Shown: piece after piece, positions 47,031 through 61,492 of the stretch
Numbering within the stretch: position 1 is the stretch's first letter
How the letters are laid out: the number at the start of each line of letters is the position of its first letter
Assembly (NCBI GenBank): GCA_964106915.2
Contig: OZ066916.1
Strand: one strand, 5' to 3'
DNA from: Podarcis gaigeae
Lineage: Eukaryota
Length of the DNA: 64,000 bases
Translations under genes and position numbers: made by a program
Notes under the pieces: model-generated
Databases searched by the model: none
Told to the model about the DNA's origin: nothing
What the model saw: only the letters and a program-made list of their open reading frames with translations

Positions 47031-49008
47031 CCCCTGTATGCTCACTCTGTTGCTTAAAGGGCTGTAACACCTTATATTACATTACCAGAGTATCCTTTTA
47101 TCATGACTGTTACCTAAGTGGTTTCAAAAGCCTGGGCACAATCCACTACCAATTTCTTGCCCACGAACCTGTTAAGACAACAAGGTGATCACAACCTCTT
47201 TGCATGCTTCTTAAATATGGAAGATAACTGTCCACAACAGTTCCAAAAACCCATAAAACACCAGTTCAGGTAAGCACTTGAGTTTCTGATGTTTATTTCG
47301 TTTTCCTGAAACACTCGCCTCTATTGCTTCATTTTGCTTATTCTAAGATAAAATCTGAGCCACCAGAAGTCAACATCACAAGCAGCTTTGACCTGGGATG
47401 GGTTGTAGAAGCCCATTTTTCCTTTTTGAATGGCAGCCACCAGAGCAGTTTATAGCAGACTGTTGCTCAAGGGAGACTCTCCTTTCCTGGGAGTGTGAAC
47501 AGGTTTTTCATGCTTAAGGGGCTCAATAAGCCTCTTTTCACAAGCTCTTATACCTCAACTGTCCAAAGATTGATATGTTAGAGAAACAAGCACATCCTTT
47601 GATCCTGGAGCAGACTATTTTACCCAAAAGAATGGAAATGAGATGCCAAACCTGCCTCTGAGATCCGGTTTAATGAGATGCCTTTGACATTACTCAGGTC
47701 TGCTTGGAATGCTACCAAATTACAGCCCCCTCTTTGCACATAACCGTCTTTGTCTGCTGAATGAACATCTTTTGCTTCACACAGGATAAGGAAATGCATC
47801 TAGTACAACACTGGCAACGGTTCCGGGAACAAATTCACAATATTCCTCTACTGACAGTCAAATTTGCAATTATGCTCAGTCCAACAGTTTGGATTTTAAA
47901 GATGCTTCAAAAAGATCAGCAGTCTGATCTCAAGCTATCATGATAATACTTAGCAGAGAGGTTTCCATAGTGCTGCAAAGAAATACAGTCTTTATTCCCA
48001 TACTGACTGGGGAAGCAGGAGGAGGCTTGCGGAGGAGAGATACTGGTTTGCCTAAATGTGCAACAAAGCACTTGGAAAAGACCAAGCTTTCTCAGCTCTG
48101 CCAACAGCAGCATCAGAAGCTGCTGAATTCAGCCAGATTCTTAAAACCCTCAGATGCCCTGAAAATACCATGGAAAGCAGTGCAGCTGTGAGTGTAGACC
48201 GGAGCCTACAGAACGGGGCGGGGAACTGACTGTAAAGGAGAAAATACCGGAATGCCTGGGCAACATGCTCCAGACAGAATGGAACCATTCAAGATGTGCA
48301 TTAGGCATGCTTGATTGACAAGATCATGGTGAGCGAGCTTCCCAAAACCACTCCACTTCTTTTCTAAGTTTGTTTGCATTGCTAGTGACGTCATGGCAGG
48401 CAGCGGGAAGGATACCTTCTGAACCATGACCTTCCTGATTCACAGCTCAGCCTTATAGCCACCCAAACCATTGTGTTTATTTTGTAAGGTACTGTTACAC
48501 TCGCCCTGTTTCTATGAGTGGGAGGAACTTCCAGGGGCCCCACGCTTGGTTTCTTTTCAAAGTCACAGGAGACTTACTGAGTTTTGTAATCCTAAATATA
48601 GAAATTCCTGCATTGCAGGGGGCTGAACTAGGTGGCCCTTGGGTCTCTTTCTAATTCTAAGATTCTATGATTCTGTGTTGAGCATAGGGGAAGGCAAACA
48701 GCTTAAAGCAGTGATAGGGAAGCCTATGTCCCTCTGGATGTTGTGGGACTAAAACTTCCATCGTGGTGACCAGCGGCCATGCTGGCTGGAGCTGATGGGA
48801 GGTGAAGTTTCACAACATCTGGAGGGCCAGTTTCCTCATCACTGGTTTAAGAACTCCAAGAGCAGAATCCATTGATTCATATCAGATCTTCAGATATAGG
48901 TGGGCCCCTTAAAGCCATTTTCCAGAACTAAAAGTAAACCTTCTGTCCCTTCCTGTTATTCTCTCTCCCCCACAACTCTTACCTTGTTTCCTTGGCTTCC
49001 CTTTAGAG

Positions 49009-49263
49009 CAGGGGGTCAGCAAACTTTTTCAGCAGGGGGCCGGTCCACTGTCCCTCAGACCTTGTGGGGGGCCAGACTATTTTGAAAAATAAAATAAAAA
49101 TGAATGAATTCCTATGCCCCACAAATAACCCAGAGATGCATTTTAAATAAAAGCACACATTCTACTCATGTAAAAACACGCTGATTCCTGGACCATCCAC
49201 GGGCCGGATTTAGAAGGCAATTGGGCTGGATCTGGCCCCGGGGCCTTAGTTTGCCTACCCATG
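49009..49263. mobile_element. hAT MITE, same family as 41622-41869, opposite orientation
   Basis: 8-bp TSD CTTTAGAG/CTTTAGGG; reverse-complement similarity to the 41.6-kb copy. Confidence 0.9.
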
Positions 49264-52200
49264 CTTTAGGGGCACACATGGAGACCTGGATAACATCAGC
49301 TGGGAGTCTGGTTGGTGGTGGGGAGCAGGCTTTTTTGTTTGTGTCAAAATGGCCCTCACTATCCAGAGATGTCTCCAGGTGTTTTCTAGCCTGTGTGAAC
49401 CTTTTACCTGTAATTCCCCTAACAAAAGGGGCACCTGGCAACTTTAATGCTGACTATTAAGGAAGTCTCTCCAGCAGCCCATCTGACTCCATTAACCCTC
49501 TCCTGTCTAAACTAACAAATTTATAGCAATGCATTTTGAGATTGCATAGTGTTCACCCATGAAGATCATTAGGACCGTGTACACACCATACATTTGAAGT
49601 ACATGGAAAACATATCCCTCCCCCCAAGAATCCTGGAAAAAATTGTTAAGGGTGCTCTGTGAACTATAATTTCCAAAATTATTGGATGGGGGAATAGGGA
49701 GAATTACTCTTTTGTGAGAGTACTCCAGCAGAGATTTCAAATCACAAAACATGCAACCAAGTATGGAAATGTAGGCTATTAGATATTTAAAATATGCCAT
49801 TTAAAGTGAGTTCCAAAACGTTCCCTTAAAAGGTTTCTTTCCAAAGTTTCCCTCTTCCCAAGCATAGGAAAATACAGCAATTTGCTAAGTTTAAAAATGG
49901 TATACTTACAAACCCTTTGAAGGTCAGATTCCTGTGTTTCAGAGAAGTTGCATGGGCAGTAAAACTTAGCTGACTTACAGTGTCCAAAGTTTTGGTATAG
50001 CAAGAATTGCTAACAAAGGCACCAGCTTCTCTGGAGGATTGAGGGAGCCCACACATGACATCACATCCTGACGCCATGCGCAGGGGGCCCTCTGAACATT
50101 GAGGGGACCCAGCCCTTTCCAAAAAAAAAAAGATCCAGGAGCCCACAGTGCCTCAGCCCCTGGCCAGGGCCTTTGATGGCTGGTGGGAGCCATGTTGAAC
50201 AACCAGCTCAAGCCTAGTTCCTCCCAAGGTGAAAGGAAGTGGATTTAGCTAAGCTTGGCAGGACAGCTTACTCTATGGTATTAACCCCTTCATGCATTTA
50301 TTAGACTTAAGTATGTTGGTTATATGAGGCAGGTTATCTCACTCTAAGCTGCTTGGATAAAGAATGGAATACAAATGCAGTTATAGTACTTTTTCTAACA
50401 TTATCAAAATACACTTATTTTGTACCTGTATGTAGCAAAACATGTTAAGTTTAGCGTAGCTTGACAAAACAGTTACCTAAGTTATGTTGGCAAAGTTTCA
50501 GATTCAAAAATCTTCTCTTTTTACAGGTCCAGTTAATAGATTTGTTATCAGGTGTTGCTATTGCTACAGCTCACCCCCATGGAAGAGTGAACCAATCTGG
50601 CTTCCCTTCCCCTGTCACACTTGAGTTGCAGGAACCAGGGAAAAGCAAGAGGCAATAACTCTGCCAAGACCTCCCAAGTGAAACTGGAAAAACACCTGAC
50701 AGGAATGAGGAACATAACAAGCTTTGCAAAGCCAGCTCACAGGCAGGTGAAACTAACTATTCTCAGCAATCACCAGATGGAAATTATTTGTGATCTTCAG
50801 GCAGGACTGCCAACTCCCAGAAATGGGTGGGATGTTTCACCAAAAGTCTTGGGGCGGCTTCACCTGTTACAAATGGATAATATACACCAATACCTTAATT
50901 CTACACAGAGTTGAGAACACCAATAGCTATTGAAATCAACAGACACACCTATGTTTGCATAGGATTGGACCACCTGTGTGTGCATGATGCTTATGCAATT
51001 GTGTTTGAAGAAACAGCAAACGTATCTTTCACAATATGTACAGAGGATGTAATAGGCACAAATCATTTGAAATATCCCAATAGAAATACAACAGTATAAA
51101 TTTTGTGGGTGATATCCTACAAAGTCATACCTAGAGTAGACCCAATGAAATAAATTGACTTGTAATGTAAGGATCTCAATGGGTCTACTCTGAATACTGT
51201 ATTACTTAGTCTACATTCACACTATACGTTTAAAGCACTATGATACCACTTTGAACAGCCAGCCCCACTCCTCCTGAATTAATTGGGAGGGAACTCAGGA
51301 AATTAACAGCCTTGTTTACTATTGTTGATGAGCCCCTGTTATGAAAAAGTGCCTTTCCAGATTATTCATAACTCCCTGGGGTTGAATTATCAATACATCT
51401 GTAGAATAGATTAAGGGAAAGCTGTCTAACCAGCTCCTCAACCTCCATGGCAGAATACTTTTTGACTCAAGTGAAAAAGGCCCTTAGTTTGCTGAACACA
51501 GTTAGTCACCTAATAGGACTAAAATCAGTCTGACTACAACTGGTATGCCATGTTCTTGTTCCGGTTGTAAAGCCACATTTAATGCAATGTGCAGTTGTAA
51601 CTAATGCATCGCATCACTAACTGAGGCTATAAACATTGCTGTTCAACAGAGAGGGGGCAGAGGTGCCTTCACTCTATGCTCAGTACCTGGTTTGTTCCCC
51701 CCTTCCCCCACTGAAGCTGTCATCTGTGCATGCGCAATGGCTGTCTCAAACATGCACGCCTCAACAAAACCACGGCTTACATATCTGAATCAAATGGAAG
51801 CTGGTTGAAGGGAAAGAAAATCCAACAGGAGTATTTCTCAAGAAGCTACAGGATATTTATGGATTGTGGGTAATACCACATGTATTCGGTTTCAGACACC
51901 AGCAGTGGGAGCGCATTGGAATGGTAATGTGTACACAATCTGAATGTCAAGCAACATATGACTATAAAGCAGCCATTAAAAATATTAGGGCAACAAACGT
52001 CCAGCTGCTTCTGTGTTTTGATTGCAAAAGGCACCTGTGACTGAACTTTGAGTTGACTTTCACATTTTTTTTTCTAGAAGTAATGGAGCATTCAAATGAG
52101 TCTCGTTTTTTTTTTAGGGTGGTGGGGAATGAAATTGGAATATTACTGAAGCTCCAGGAGCATCGCAGCTTTCAGTCCAAGTATGTTAACTGTTTCTGTT

Positions 52201-52407
52201 TTGTCTATTAGTACTTGGCAGCGGCCCAAGGAATGCAGTTGATCTGGGAACAGAGGAGAAGCATTTATATGGTGTAAAAGTGTAAACAGATTTAGCTTAA
52301 AAATAATGCATTTCTACAAAATTATTTAAAATTAATGTTATTACTTTCTCAGGTACCTGCCTTAAGAAGATTATAGTCTGCATGAAAGCAAGAATGTGAC
52401 AAGATTT

Positions 52408-52543
52408 TAGGCATGGCCAAACTCGGCCATTCAGATGTTTTGGGACTACAACTCCTATCATCCCTAGCTAAGAGGACCAGTGGTCAGGGGTGATGGGAAT
52501 TGTAGTCCCAAAACATCTGGAGGGCCGAGTTTGGCCATGCCTG
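52408..52543. mobile_element. Short palindromic hAT-like MITE; degenerate copies near 19370-19510, 27585-27700, 42650-42810, 48705-48845, 52700-52800
   Basis: Long inverted arms AGGCATGGCCAAACTCGGCC...GGACTACAA / TTGTAGTCC...GGCCGAGTTTGGCCATGCCT. Confidence 0.8.
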
Positions 52544-53364
52544 GATTAAGGCCTTTTGCCATTATGAAAGCGACAGAAAAGTGTGGCTTGGCACAATTTT
52601 CTCTAACCTCACCCACAGTTAAAGCGGAGTGAATGCTCAACAAACAGGTCATCTGGAAGCGGCCACAGTCTACCTCAGAGATGGGGGACTTGTGGCCCAC
52701 CAGGATGCTGGTTGGCTCCATCAGCCCCAGCCCATATGATCAATGATCATAGAGGGTAGGAGTTGCAGTCTAGCAACATCTGGAGGTCACCTATCTCTGA
52801 CATATAGCATTTGCACTGATCACATATGGGAATGGATACAGGCACAGCACAATACCACTGGTCATGGTCACAAAAAAATAATATTTTGCTGATTTAGCTT
52901 ACCATCCTTAAGAATATATGAAAAGAACAGAACACTCACTGAAACCAAGCACTTAGATTATGAAGCTTTTATGTAGATCTTGCAATAAACACAAAACTTT
53001 TTCTCTTATTACCATTTAATTCTGGCTGAGTACAATGTACCCAGTTTGGAATCCTGGAGAGCTGCTGTCAGTCAGTGCAGACAATAGTGATATAGATGGA
53101 CCAATAGTCTGACTCAGGGTAAGGCAGCTTCCTATGTTCCTACGTGTGTCATTCCCATCAGAGATTATGCAAACTGAAAAAACAACTGTATGTACCACAC
53201 AAAAGTCCCAATGGCCCAGAATAACCCAGTGTATGTGTACATCGTATGCATTTACAATACACCAAACATGGGAGAACTGTTTTTGCATTCAACAGATGTA
53301 AATAAATGCACTAAAGAAGCATTGCTGTCTGACCGGAAGCAATTCCAAAGTTCCTGTGAGATCC

Positions 53365-53367
<3 letters not shown>

Positions 53368-53418
<51 letters not shown>
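53368..53418. repeat. (CT)n microsatellite
   Basis: Direct inspection. Confidence 0.95.
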
Positions 53419-53421
<3 letters not shown>

Positions 53422-56400
53422 GGTGCCTCAATGCAAAATCTGCCATCATCACTCTACAAAGTTTTGGTACACTGTACAAACTTTCAAGCAGCTTTTAGAT
53501 TCCTGACACTTTCCTTGCTCACCAAGCAAAAGATATGAACTTTGTTCAATTACCTGATCAATATCAGGCAACAAAGACACGATTGTAAATACAAAACAGA
53601 AAAGCTATAACATAAGCAGCTCCCTGACTAGAATAAATGCATGGCAAGGCACTGGGCTTGAATCTGGCCTTTGCTGCATTAACCTAAATGATTATTTTCC
53701 ATTGTGTGACAATTCATCAAGGTCACTTAGCAACTAGCATTAGCATAATGAACTGTTAACTTGCACCTCTCTTTCCCTTCCCCAGTTTGTTCCAGCTGAA
53801 ATGTGTGCTGCTTACTCTCCATCCTGAACTAGTGAGATCATGTATTGCTCAAGGCCCAAACAAAGGTGATAGTGGAGATGTGTGAATGCACATCCACTCC
53901 TTAAAAAGTGTTGCTAGTAACAGCCAGTGGAGGAGGGTTCAGATCAGGACTGCGCCCCAACAGTTTAGCTCTTTTTTCTCTGTGCCATTTTCTCAATGAA
54001 AAGTTGGAAAAAATAGGGGTGCAAATTTGTCCCTCACCCTACCATTTTTCTGACCTGGATTACTCTTCCACCTAGCTAGGGCTAGACCTTGACCTTAGGG
54101 CCAAGTCCACAGTCCCAAACCAAGGCTCCTCTTCAGATGAGTACCCAGAGAGTGGCAGATTATTGGGAAAGCAGCAAGCAGGCCCCCACATTCTGTGCAT
54201 TGACTGACCTGGTCATGCAAGGGCCCACTGAGGCTGACATTCATCACTACAGCATATTTTTTCACTCATTTTTAAAAACTCTAGCCACAGGGGAACCAGC
54301 CAGGTATGGACATGTTTATAGGTGCTCATTTTATTATTTTTACTTCCAACAACAAACATGCTGCATATTCCAAAGTAAATGTGTTTAGCATCAGGGTAGC
54401 AGAAGCAAACTCCATTTTATTCCTGTACTCACAATGGTGCTGTGAGTTAAGTGAGTTTAAAATGACAAACTGCACATACTCAGAATATCATTTTTTTTAA
54501 AAACAAAATAGGGTTAGCAAACTGCTTGTTCATTTGCTCCCAACACATCAGGAATGTAGGAGCATGAAATGGCATCAGAAGAAATGGTAATTACATCCTT
54601 CATAACACAAGACAACATCAGCTCGGAAGGAATACATCTAGCTAGCTAAAGGGGGAGCCATGTCAGGCATTGCATCCAGGGTCTAAAATTGCCTTGTTGC
54701 ATCACTACCTCCACCTCTGCATGTTATTTGCAAAAGTTAAAATAAAGCAGGCGATGTGACTCCATCATCTCTGGCCCTCAATCTCTCCTGATCAGATATA
54801 TTCCTATGCAATTAGAGGAGGTTCTATTGAGGTTACATTGGCAAGAATATACATTGCTCCCCACCATTTTCAGTACATAAATAAAACTGCTTGCATGTTT
54901 CCAAAGATTAATCTTCTTGTAATAGTACACCTGTATGCTCGATCTTCAGTGCAATGCAAGCAAGATTTGCCTGCTACAAATTCACTGATCAGAAGCTGAT
55001 ATGCATAAGAGCAGCCCATTACATTAACCAGAAGCTGGAAAACAGCCGTTTCATTCTCCAAACATTACAAGCTATCCATGCTTGGTTTGTTTTTGTATCT
55101 TCATGCAGGAAGTTGTAATATTCAGAGCAGTCTCTCCTTTGGGTTGATGTTGATGGTGCTTGATGTGTGTGTTTCTTTGTTTCAAGACAGGAATTGTCTA
55201 ATATGCTGGCCAGAAAGTCCCAAACCCCAACAGTATTCAAAATAAGGAGGGGGAGGGGGGCAAGCATAAAAATGTATTCTCAAGAGAAACCCTGACCCCG
55301 TCATGTCCTGAGCAAACAGGTGTAACTCTTTCCAAAGTTGTTACACTGATACCTTTGTGCACTATCAATTATTCACATAGCAGGTCAATAATTAAAATAT
55401 CCCAGAATGGGCTTGTAAGAAAACAGCCTTTAGTGCAGTTTGAAATCTGGAAAGATATGCCATTGGTACCCAATTTAAAAACTAATTCAATGAAGGAAAA
55501 CATGAAAAATTATATGATGCAGAAGGAGGGATGCTTTGAACGAGTTCTATTTAAACAGTGGATGGATATACTGCAGTTGTGTAACTGCACACTTTCCTAA
55601 ATAAGTGCTGTATAAGTCCTATTAGGATGAAAGCAGCAAGGTTAAAAATTGCAGCCAAGTCAAAATGTTACCAGCCACTGCCAACCCCAGCAGAGTAGGC
55701 TCCACTGTGTGGAACTATTGAAAACGATGGGACATACAACTGTGAAGGCATGTATAGTATTTATTCCACTGTCAGTCTCCTAATACCTCCCCCAACCTCA
55801 ACTAAGCTAAGCTCTGCTGATAATACGGCAGAACTAACTTTAAATTTGAAGCCATCTGGAACAATCTATCTTTCCAGCCAGATGTGTAAGTGATCTATAT
55901 TTTACATTAATTCCTAGCATGGTGGATAACTGCAATTTATAGCAGCAGAGCAAAGGGCTTGACTTAGTGACATATTACAAAAGGAAATTAATTATAGATA
56001 ATAATTCCATAGCTTTCATTTCCATATATATTGAAGTGCTTTTGATCTTTTAGATGGAGGAAGTTCTCTGTTGTGGGAAGCAAAAGAATCACATTGCTCC
56101 CAGTGTGTGATAACATATTTTAGCACTCTTAATTATTAACATGAAATCCATTAAGAGTTAGTTAAGCCCAGACAGTATGTTGGCTGAACGAGTCACCAGA
56201 GAGTTAAAAACAAAGAAAGCTTTACAATACTTCTCACAGGTATTCCCCACCCCCACCTTCACCATGATCTGAAGAGGGAGTGGAGAAAAAAATAATATAA
56301 TGCATATAGAAAACCAGGTTGAGAGAGACTCTTATTATTTTCCCTGCCTAGATGGGTATAGCTTGATGTGAAAGTGAAACAGGACTTCTGCTAGTATGCT

Positions 56401-57727
56401 TTTATTATGTTTTTATTATGTTTTTATCATTGATGCTCTGTAATGTGTTTTTAATGTTGTACACCACCCTGGGATATTTTGATAAAGGGTGGTATATAAA
56501 TTAAAACAACAACAACAATAACGTGGCCATTGCCTTTGTGTGAGTCATACCTATTTGCTGATGTGGAATCAAACCAGTTTTGGCCTTGTGTGTGCATGCA
56601 TCAAAAACTGGGTAGAAACATCTTGGATGTGGCTGGAGTGAATAATTTTGGAAATTTAAAAGCACTGTTTTGAAGTCAGTGGGACTAGTCCCAGAAGCCA
56701 CAACTGCAGAATACTACACAGATTTTGGGGTCTCTTAGAATTCCCAAGCAACACGGGTTATGAGGCTGCTAGTAAATAACAAATTATAGTTTTATTGCCA
56801 TCCATGGGTGTTCTATCAACTACCAGCCCAGGAAAGCTTAGTGTTTCCTTACCAGCTGGGTCCAACAGTTAACACAGACACACTGACATTTCACAAAATA
56901 TGCATAGTCTAATGCCCCTGGAGGAATGCACACCTTTGCCTCCAAAGGAATCACTCCAAAGCACTCTTTAATCCATCTCCTTCTTGAACTGGAGCACAAG
57001 AAGCAGGGTGCTTTCAAATTATACTGGGGGAGGAAAATACTTGGGAAATGTTATGTATTGTAATGGAGGAAAAATGCCTTTTCAGAATTGACCATAGGGA
57101 TATTGGACTGAGCAGATAATTTGAGACTAGCCAAATAGTCCTGATTGGAAGAAAGGGAGAAATTCCATCCTACTGGGCCTGTTTCAGAACATTTCCAAAT
57201 ATCTCAAGAAACTTCACTTCAGATTGCTCACTTGGCTTCAGTCATCACTAACCATCATCCCTTGGGGTCACCTGCCAGGAATACGTTGAAGGGTTTGAGA
57301 GTGATCCCAGAAATACATGTAGTTGCAGCAGTCGTACCGCTGCCAAATGGACTCTATACAATTTTCCCTAGGCAAAGCCCATTGGCCAAATCCAAAAGCA
57401 AAGTCACAAGCCATACTGGGGTCAAAAGCAACGATCCAGGAAGCCAAGAGAACATAAAGTATGCCAGATGATGCAGAACAATCACTGGTTCTGCTAATTT
57501 ATCTGAAAGCGAAAGCCGGGGTATAAGCAGTTATTTATTGGTTAGTGATTCAGCATCTCCATTTGCAGAGTGAGGGACAGAAGTGTATTGGTTTGTTCTA
57601 GAGCGGAAGATCTCAGCCCATTATACTGAGACAAGAAGCAATTTACTCAAACATGTTTGTAAGCTGCCTTGAAGATCTTAATGGTGGAAAAGTAGAAAAT
57701 AAGCCTATTACAGTTAGTAAATTGATT

Positions 57728-57899
57728 GTAAAGGTAAAGGTAAAGGTACCCCTGACCATTAGGTCCAGTCGCGAATGACTCTGGGGTTGCACGCTCATCT
57801 TGCTCTATAGGCCGAGCGAGCCGGCATTTGTCCACAGACGGCTTCCGGGTCATGTGGCCAGCATGACTAAGCCGCTTTTGGCGAACCAGAACAGCGCAC
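57728..57899 (-). mobile_element. Sauria SINE 3' half
   Basis: (AAAGGT)n tail and GTCATGTGGCCAGCATGAC core. Confidence 0.88.
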
Positions 57900-58138
57900 T
57901 AAAATAAATGAATATTTTTATAAAATATAATCTGCCACCTCCAGTAAACAAAGAGTCATATTTATATCAACTGACTGATTGACCAAACCATTTAAAATGT
58001 CAAGTAGTTAAGAAAATAACAGCTTCGATCCTATGCATTGCTTGAAAGTAAGACTCAATTGTGTTCAAGTGGATTTACACCAGTAGGTATGCAGATCACA
58101 GCCTAACACCCTTTAATAGATCAAAGGCCCTTCTACTA

Positions 58139-58516
58139 AAAGGTAAAGGTAAAGGACCCCGGAGGGTTACGTCCAGTCAAAGGCGACTGGAGTTGCAGCA
58201 CTCATCTAACTTTCAGGCCAAGGGAGCCCCACAGACAGCTTTCCAGGTCATGTGGCCAACATGACTAAACCGCTTCTGGTGCAATGGAACACCATGATGG
58301 AAACCAGAGTGCATGGAAACGCCGTTTACCTTCCCGCCACAGTGGCACCTATTTATCTACTTGCACTGGTGTGCTTTCAAACTGCTAGGCAGGCAGGAGC
58401 TGGGACAGGAGCTGGGACAGGAGCTCACTCCGTTGTGCGGATTCGAACCACCAACCTTCTGATTGGCAAGCCCAAGAGGCTCAGTGGTTTAGACCACAGC
58501 GCCACTCACATCCGTT
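58139..58516 (-). mobile_element. Sauria SINE, full length, older subfamily
   Basis: (AAAGGT)n tail, B box, 13-bp TSD GGCCCTTCTACTA at 58126-58138 and 58517-58529; internal 12-bp tandem duplication. Confidence 0.92.
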
Positions 58517-60199
58517 GGCCCTTCTACTATTACAGCAAGAACAACAGCAAACAAAGCACCAATGGTAACTCAAATTGCATTCTTGCTGAATGTTACAGCT
58601 ACAAGAATACTGTGCCCATTTAATGCCAAAAGGATCTTGAATCACTGGAAAGAATTTTGAATGAGAAGAATTAGCCAGACTGAACAGGTTTATTTCAGTG
58701 TCTTTGGAAATGGTGTGTTAGCTTTCTTAAGTCATGTGTTGGTACCAATATCACTTTGTTCAGAACAGGATGTAGAACTGGAAAGACTGACATAATTAAG
58801 GATGTTTCCAGACGACCTGTTTACTGAGCATTCATCCTTATTTGTCTACACAAAGCTTGCAGGAAAGTTAGATGATGTCAGCTATTTATTGGAGCACTCA
58901 TTCTAATTTGTTTGCAAGGAGGCTATATGATGTTGTCTCAAGTGTATTAGCTCACTATTTCCAGCACATTCCCTTGTCATGTTCATTATCAGAAATAGTC
59001 TTATTTCATTATCATAAATAGTGGTGGTGAGACAGGTTGTGCAGGAACACCAAATCAACTTTAACCATGAACCTGAATTTGTGGGTGTGCGGTTGAATTC
59101 CTCCCACTCAAATGTAGTGATTGCCTAGATTCTAAGAAGCACCCTTTGATACCTTATGCACATTTAAAGCTAAAAGCTAACATTTGGACATCTAGGGGCA
59201 ATGTTTTCCAAATAATTGCAAATATAAATAGTAAAGAAGAAGACTAATTTAGTATAGTTTAATAGAGATGAAACTGTAGAAAAGACACTTAATGACATGT
59301 ACTGGAAGATATTTAATTTAATGATAGCAAAATAGATTACCTGTAAATTACTCTCAAGGGAGCAGTAACAGACAATAGATTGCTTAGGTCCTAAGCCCTA
59401 GGATAGAAAGCCTACAAAAATGAATTGCCCTTTTTATTTAAATAGTGCATGGTCTAGACAAAATGCAATGTAAGCATCCATCTCTAGCATAATTCTGCTC
59501 TCAATTATTCAAGGTAACACTTTGTTTCCATTAAGCCAATTATCACCAATGAAGAAATTAGGAGTGAACACTTGCTGACAGTATGATGCATTTACTGTTA
59601 TTATGAAGAGATAAATACCCTGTGGTTTGTCTACCTTCATCTGTCTTTTAAAAGGGAGGTGGTTTTGGCATTTCAGAAATGCAGTCATACTACCTTACAT
59701 TTGGCATTTAAAGTGTGAGTGAGTGCCCAAAGGGGAGAAATTAAGTTACATCTTCATAGTTAAACATTTGATTCATCACAACAAATGTGTTACACATCTT
59801 TCCCCCCTTCCCTATAATGCACCACAAAAAACGTTAGGTGAGAATTTCATTATTAAGGGAGCCATCCTGGGATTTCCCTGGGGGGCATTTGAGGGGGCTC
59901 TAGAGGCTGGAGATTTTCCACCAGCAAAGTGAAGCTCCGCCACTGCTAGAATGCCATCAGTGGTACCAGGAGAGAACATGGATCCCTGGGATTTCAAGTC
60001 CACTCTTTCCCCCCAACATGCCCCCCAAAATGGGCCCGGAGCTAGATCTGGAGTTCAGTGAGAGTCAGTGAGAGGAAGAAAAGGGAAAAGAGGCACCAGC
60101 ACTACTAGTCCCATTCTTCCTGGCCTTAGTGGGCTCACAAGTGGTGGTTCCTCTAACATGTTACTTCCAACCATCACCACCCCCACTTTAGGAATGCTC

Positions 60200-60650
60200 A
60201 GTTAGGCTGCAGTGCAGTCCTGTCTTCCTATGCACACTTACTTGGAGAAAGTCCCACTAAAATCAATGTGTTGTACTTCTGAGCAGACAAGCATAGCATT
60301 TGTGAATTCGTGGTTAACAAACCCATCCAAAGCACATTGATATGGGAGTAAGTATAGCCATGGTCAATGGTTCTTCCTCCATAGAAGTGAGCATCATTCT
60401 GCAGCCTAAGCTTGGAATGATATGTGCACTCATGTGACAGGCTTACACTGAGACTTACTTTTGAATCAACATGGATAGGATTGTTCTGTAAGACTGCAAC
60501 CCTAAATACATTTACGTGGTGGTAGGTCCTAATGAACACAGAGGAACTCACTTCAAACATCTTTAGGATTACATACTCCCTTGGAAGTAAACTCCATTGC
60601 ACACGGTTGAGCTTATTTCTGAGTAAACATACACAGGATTGTGCTGCAAG
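60200..60650. repeat. Tandem cluster of about 5 degenerate 80-90 bp imperfect-palindrome units of a dispersed repeat family
   Basis: Recurring CCTATGCA..TTAC..AGTAAGTCCCA..TCAATG..ACTTCTGAGTAAAC..AGGATTG pattern. Confidence 0.6.
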
Positions 60651-61417
60651 TGTCTTCACAACAGATCAAAAAGAACAGATCTTGGTAATCATCAGAGCTT
60701 GGTGTGAGAACATCTGCTGACATCTCACCAAGAGTATTTTCAAAAGAATGCTAAGAATGCTTCATCATAGTCTGGAATGCAACACTTTATAAATTGAATG
60801 TATATCCTAGCCAAAGTTGCTTTTTGCAGACCCAGGACATGGGTCACTTTTCAACTTGACCTAAGGACTGTTCCACACATGCATATTCTCCCCTCAATGT
60901 CTCTATCACCAAACAACTTGCAATCCAATCTATTAACTGCCTCCAGTAAAAGATGGTGTGTTTCAAATCAAGTCAAATGGGATGCAAGCTCATCTCTGCT
61001 TCATCTGTGACAGGTGCTTTCAATACAGAGAAGCCATCATCCCAGGCTGCATTCAAGGAACATGTGTCACCTAAGAGCTTCTGAAGGTAGTTTGCATACT
61101 GCACAGTACTATCCACATCGTATCACATTGTAGGTCTTCTGCTGGGAAAAGGATATTGCCTTGTCTCAGCATTCTTCCCCACCCAAGTGCCTTCATTCCT
61201 ACAGGAAATGCTGTGTCTGTGTTTTAAGTAGCAATTCTCACCAAACACATAAACTGCTATAGGGACTCATTTGCAAGGAAGTATCCAGAGTGAAAACTTT
61301 TATATAAGTTAAATCCAATTACCTCTGCAGTCAGTTAACCTGACTAGTGAGACTTGCATATGAGTTACTGTAGTGGTTTGTGTAACTGTGAGGTTTAGGT
61401 TGCTACCTAAAATAGTT

Positions 61418-61419
<2 letters not shown>

Positions 61420-61457
<38 letters not shown>

Positions 61458-61492
61458 CCCCCCCCCCCGTCTCTCTCTGTCTCTCTGTGTGT
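61420..61492. repeat. (CT)n + poly-C + (CT/GT) compound microsatellite
   Basis: Direct inspection. Confidence 0.9.

Noticed and set aside
47940-48191. 83-aa ORF ending at a donor-like site
   Set aside because: No homology recognised and no partner exons
51640-51735. CTCF-like and NRF1-like motifs
   Set aside because: Partial isolated matches expected by chance
60200-60650. CRISPR-like array
   Set aside because: Eukaryotic context, degenerate units, no constant repeat with unique spacers and no cas genes
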